The notes under the pieces are model-generated. The model worked only from the letters and a program-made list of their open reading frames with translations, made no database searches and was not told the origin of the DNA. Shown in pieces: positions 60,687 to 64,000 of a stretch of DNA of 64,000 nucleotides. Source of the DNA: a virus (taxonomy: Duplodnaviria; Caudoviricetes); the IMG/VR virus record IMGVR_UViG_2888055400_000002, positions 18,064 through 82,063 of that record; one strand, given 5' to 3'. Each line of letters begins with the position of its first letter. Positions within the stretch are counted from its first letter, which is position 1. A program made the position numbers and the translations under genes.

Positions 60687-62342
60687 GCCAATGCAGCAAA
60701 GAGTATAGCAGATGAAGCAAAAAGCGCGGCGGAAACAGCAACAGCGAAAGCAGAGCAGGCGCAACAAGATGTGAGTGAGGCGACGAGAGTAGCCAATGAA
60801 GCGAAAGCGGCAGCAGAACAAGCTGTACAAGCGGATAGGCAGGTGATAGCTTCTCAAGATGTATCGGTAAAGCAATTAGCACAAGAAGCCAAGAGCACAG
60901 CGGAAGAGGCAAAGAAGGTTGCAGAGGGGGTACAGAAGAAGGCAGAATCGTTAGCAACGGTAGTGGATGAAAGCCAAAAAACAGCAAAAGAAGCAAAAGA
61001 TACAGCTGGTTATGCGAAACATGATGCAGAGCAAGCGCGGTCTATGGCAGAAGCAGCTAAGAATGAAGCGTCTGGAGCAACGAGTAGAGTTATAGATATC
61101 AATCAAGTGGTTGATAATTTTAAAGCTCCCGTAAGTTTAGCACGGACATACTCAGAAGAAGCCAAGGAAAAAGCTGAGTCGGCAGCTTCACAAGCCTATC
61201 AAGCCAAGAGCGAAGCCGAAAAAGCCAAGGAAGTTGCCAATAGTGCGAAAAGGACAGCAGAAGAAGCCAAAAAAACAGCCGATACGACGAAGCAAGAGCT
61301 TGGAGGTATCAAGAGTTCCCTAGAAACGGCAACAACAGCCCATACAGTAGCCTCACAGGCAAAAGTGCTAGGGGAAGAGGTAAACAATTTACTGAAACAG
61401 TCCAATTTAACGGTTCTTTCAATTTCTACGCCGTTTCTTGTTGCGACGGGAAAAAGTGAATTAACGTTGAAAAAAGGAACACATATTACTTTGGCATTAG
61501 ACAATAATACTTTGGTTGCAAGTTATACGGCAGATACAAGAATAAGCGTTCCTTATCTTTCGGCAGGCAAGAATTATTATGTTTATTTGGTGTTTGAAGG
61601 AGAACAGTCTTCTCAAGTTGTAGTGTCAGAAAACTCTACGTATCCAAGTGATTACACAGTGAGCAATTCTCGTAAGATAGGAGGGTTTCATACACTTTGT
61701 GCGGATGTTGGGACGATTGATGGACATCCGTTATCAGGCTATAGTGCAGGGGATATTTTACCCAATTCAGTTTGGTGTTTGAATCACTGTCCCCATAGTT
61801 CTCCAGAAGGAATGGTCTATGATCTCTCACAAGATCTTTGGGTAGATATTTATCTTCAATCAGGGACAGGTGCAAATACGCGTTCGGCGCATGGTGTTGC
61901 TATCACGATCAATCGTAGTTATACGGATTTTGCAGATGACTTGAGGTGCGTGAAGAAGTTCTTATTGAATGATGAACAATTTGCTTCTGCGATGTATGGG
62001 AGCAATGACAGAACCAGCATTCAGGGGAAAAAGTCCCCTAGCCCCAAACATTCTGGAGGACATGTTGATACAGCGGATAGACGCATGATTTCGCACATCG
62101 GATGTGAGGATGGTTGCGGTTATATTTGGCAGTTTTTAGCCGGAACGTTTCCGATGCAGATAGCTTCTGTCGTAGCAGGAAGAAACGCTTTTAGGGTAAG
62201 TATGAATGTTTTGGTAGGCGGTGGGAGCTGGAGTCATGATCCCAATTGTGGAGCCTATATTAGAAGCGCCAACCATGGACGTACTTTAAAGAGTGATCAG
62301 GTAGGAGCCCGTGGTTGTAGCCGTCCACGCCGTTATGTTTAA
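60687..62342 (+). pseudogene. Tail-fibre gene, 3' part: Ala-rich stalk plus Mtd-like C-type-lectin receptor-binding domain
   Basis: Open from 60687 (ANAAKSIADEAK...) in frame with 60771..62342; GFH..NSVW..PEGMV..WVDIYL and GGSW...VGARG motifs recalled from Bordetella phage BPP-1 Mtd. Confidence 0.85.
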
Positions 62343-62355
62343 GGAGACGATAGGA

Positions 62356-62703
62356 ATGAGAGAATATCCAGAGCATTTAAATAGCAAAGAAGATTATTTG
62401 AACATGCTTGAATATGACAAGCTTGAAACGTTGAAAAGATTAGAACAGCTTTTAGAAATGCGTTTTGATTGGGTTTGTATAAAAGAACTTGGAGAAGGTG
62501 AAGAGGGATTAGAAGACGAGAAGCATAAGGTTTGTGTTGAGAAGGAAATGCCTTTAGATTTTGAGACCAGTTTTGTGGAAAAACGGTATCAATATGAATT
62601 ACAAGAGAGCGAATATTCCCCTCTTAATTCCCTTGGCTTTAGTGTTGAAGAAGTAGAGCAATTAATCAAAGAGAATAAAGACAATAGAGATGAAACCGTC
62701 TAG
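62356..62703 (+). CDS. Acidic phage protein downstream of the tail fibre
   Basis: SD AAGGAG; YPEHLNSKEDYLN start; function not identified. Confidence 0.6.
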   Translation: MREYPEHLNSKEDYLNMLEYDKLETLKRLEQLLEMRFDWVCIKELGEGEEGLEDEKHKVCVEKEMPLDFETSFVEKRYQYELQESEYSPLNSLGFSVEEVEQLIKENKDNRDETV

Positions 62704-62730
62704 TTCTCACTGAGATATCCCTTTTATGCC

Positions 62731-62754
62731 GCCCCCTTTTGTGGGGCTTTTTTT
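62731..62754 (+). terminator. Intrinsic terminator before the lysis genes
   Basis: GCCCC...GGGGC followed by T7. Confidence 0.5.
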
Positions 62755-62766
62755 ATGGAGCAAGCG

Positions 62767-63429
62767 ATGAGAAGAATATCGAAAGAAGGTTTAGCGCTAA
62801 TCAAGCAATGGGAGGGGTTACGCTTGAATGCATACCAAGATACGGCATGTGTTTGGACGATAGGTTATGGTCACACCAGCAATGCGGGCAAACCGATTGT
62901 TAAGAAGGGCATGTATATTACACAAGAGCAAGCAGAAGAAATTCTTTGTGAGGATTTAAAGCAATTTGAGAAAGCGGTTGAAGAAGCCGTTACGGTGAGG
63001 TTAACGGATGAACAGTTCGCGGCATTAGTATCCTTTTGCTACAATGTAGGAAGCAAAGCATTTTGCAAGTCTACCTTGTTAAAAAAGCTTAATCAGGGTG
63101 ATTATGAATCGGTTCCAGCAGAATTACAGAGATGGAATAAGATAGGGGGCAAGCCTCTGAAAGGATTAGCAAACCGTAGAGCGGCAGAAGCGGGGTTATG
63201 GGCGAAGGGATCTTATGTTTCTTCTAACTATCAACATGTAGAAACGAAACAGGCAACAGGACTTCTCAAAGCAGAAGCGCTAGCCCCGATTATAGGCTCG
63301 TGTTCAGGTCTTGGAGGGTTGTTAGCAGGCAATGGACCAATCCAATGGGCATTAGCAGGCATAATGGTTTTAGCGGCTGTAACAGGTATAGTGTTTGTGG
63401 CCAAGCGGTTTCGGGAGCAACGATTGTGA
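62767..63429 (+). CDS. Phage lysozyme (GH24) with a hydrophobic C-terminal tail
   Basis: IKQWEGLRLNAYQD...WTIGYGHT, ALVSFCYNVG, STLLKKLN, GLANRRAAE. Confidence 0.92.
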   Translation: MRRISKEGLALIKQWEGLRLNAYQDTACVWTIGYGHTSNAGKPIVKKGMYITQEQAEEILCEDLKQFEKAVEEAVTVRLTDEQFAALVSFCYNVGSKAFCKSTLLKKLNQGDYESVPAELQRWNKIGGKPLKGLANRRAAEAGLWAKGSYVSSNYQHVETKQATGLLKAEALAPIIGSCSGLGGLLAGNGPIQWALAGIMVLAAVTGIVFVAKRFREQRL

Positions 63430-63653
63430 TTTTCTGGCTCAAGAAATATTCCCTGATGATTACAGCGGCTTTAGCCGTTTTTTTTATGGCATTAGCGAAA
63501 GCCTTTCATTTGGGTAAAAGAAGTGAACAGCACAAGCAAACCAAGCATGCTTTGAAGACAGCAATGAGACGGTTTGAGGTTGAAAATGAAGTTAATCAGA
63601 AAAGTGATGGTGATGTTCGCACTGAACTTTCTCGTTGGGTGCGCGGGAAATAG
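63426..63653 (+). CDS. Putative inner-membrane spanin (Rz-like)
   Basis: GTGA overlap with the lysozyme stop; N-terminal TM segment followed by a helical domain. Confidence 0.55.
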   Translation: MIFWLKKYSLMITAALAVFFMALAKAFHLGKRSEQHKQTKHALKTAMRRFEVENEVNQKSDGDVRTELSRWVRGK

Positions 63654-63810
63654 GGTTGTTTCTTGTGTTGGCTGGTTGCCTATTTATTTGGATAAGCGGG
63701 ATGTTTCGGTCATCAGTCCCAACTTAGCAAGAGATATTTTAAAGCATAACAAGCAGGGAGCGCATTTATGCGGTTGGAAAGATGGTCGAGAAAGCAAGCA
63801 ACAAAGATAA
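63574..63810 (+). CDS. Putative outer-membrane spanin lipoprotein (Rz1-like)
   Basis: Lipobox LVG-C, extra Cys residues, overlaps the Rz-like gene in another frame. Confidence 0.6.
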   Translation: MRLKMKLIRKVMVMFALNFLVGCAGNRVVSCVGWLPIYLDKRDVSVISPNLARDILKHNKQGAHLCGWKDGRESKQQR

Positions 63811-64000
63811 AGAACTTACAGAAACCGAACGACAGCTGCTTTATGAGATGATCAATACCTATCAGGGATTAAAGATGATGTCTCGTTGCGTGAAGTGGGT
63901 GGCGTTCATTGTCTTTATGTTCATTATCGATTTTGCCCGCATTATGGATGCACTTGATAACATCCTCACACATTTCAAAAGATGGTTAACAAAGAGTTAA
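63782..64000 (+). CDS. Small membrane protein of the lysis region
   Basis: One hydrophobic segment (WVAFIVFMFII); coupled to the previous gene. Confidence 0.5.
   Translation: MVEKASNKDKELTETERQLLYEMINTYQGLKMMSRCVKWVAFIVFMFIIDFARIMDALDNILTHFKRWLTKS

Larger units (their letters stand above)
28985..64000 (+). mobile_element. Podovirus-like prophage structural and lysis operon (interrupted by island B)
   Basis: Co-directional, tightly coupled capsid, adaptor, ejection, SLT, tail-collar, tail-fibre, lysozyme and spanin-like genes; no tape measure or sheath gene seen. Confidence 0.85.

Noticed and set aside
62200-62760. Complete diversity-generating retroelement
   Set aside because: No RT gene or template repeat was found in the window
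29084-64000. Assignment to the Bartonella gene transfer agent (bgt) locus
   Set aside because: Cannot be established from sequence alone; a BLAST against BgtA-K is needed. The TA moron and island insertions fit an accessory prophage better, so no bgt symbols were given.

Overview
AT-rich alphaproteobacterial accessory region; the gene content points to Bartonella (inference). A podovirus-like prophage late operon runs on the + strand from about 28985 to 64000: scaffold, N4-gp56-type major capsid, adaptor/nozzle, ejection proteins, SLT, two tail-collar proteins, an Mtd-like tail fibre, lysozyme and spanins. It has been hit by two inverted copies of one satellite-like island family (P4-type integrase, AlpA, primase + DUF3987, Type ISP restriction-modification enzyme, beta-helix paralog array). 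Island B (44776-60686) is complete, is bounded by an 11-bp direct repeat CGGTAACCACG and splits the tail-fibre gene; precise excision would restore a 1149-codon ORF in frame. Island A (<1-28983, minus strand) abuts what looks like the last 28 codons of another phage gene at an unrelated target sequence. It has lost its primase/DUF3987 module and carries instead a CdiB/CdiA two-partner locus with lipase-like C-termini, orphan modules and five lipoprotein genes. Each island has an ~84-nt cloverleaf RNA complementary to two target boxes, one in the leader and one at the RBS of the first beta-helix gene. All three sites covary between the islands, matching the P1/P7 C4 antisense architecture with two specificities. 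Beta-helix genes are separated by a conserved GC hairpin. All calls come from reading the sequence; no database searches were run.
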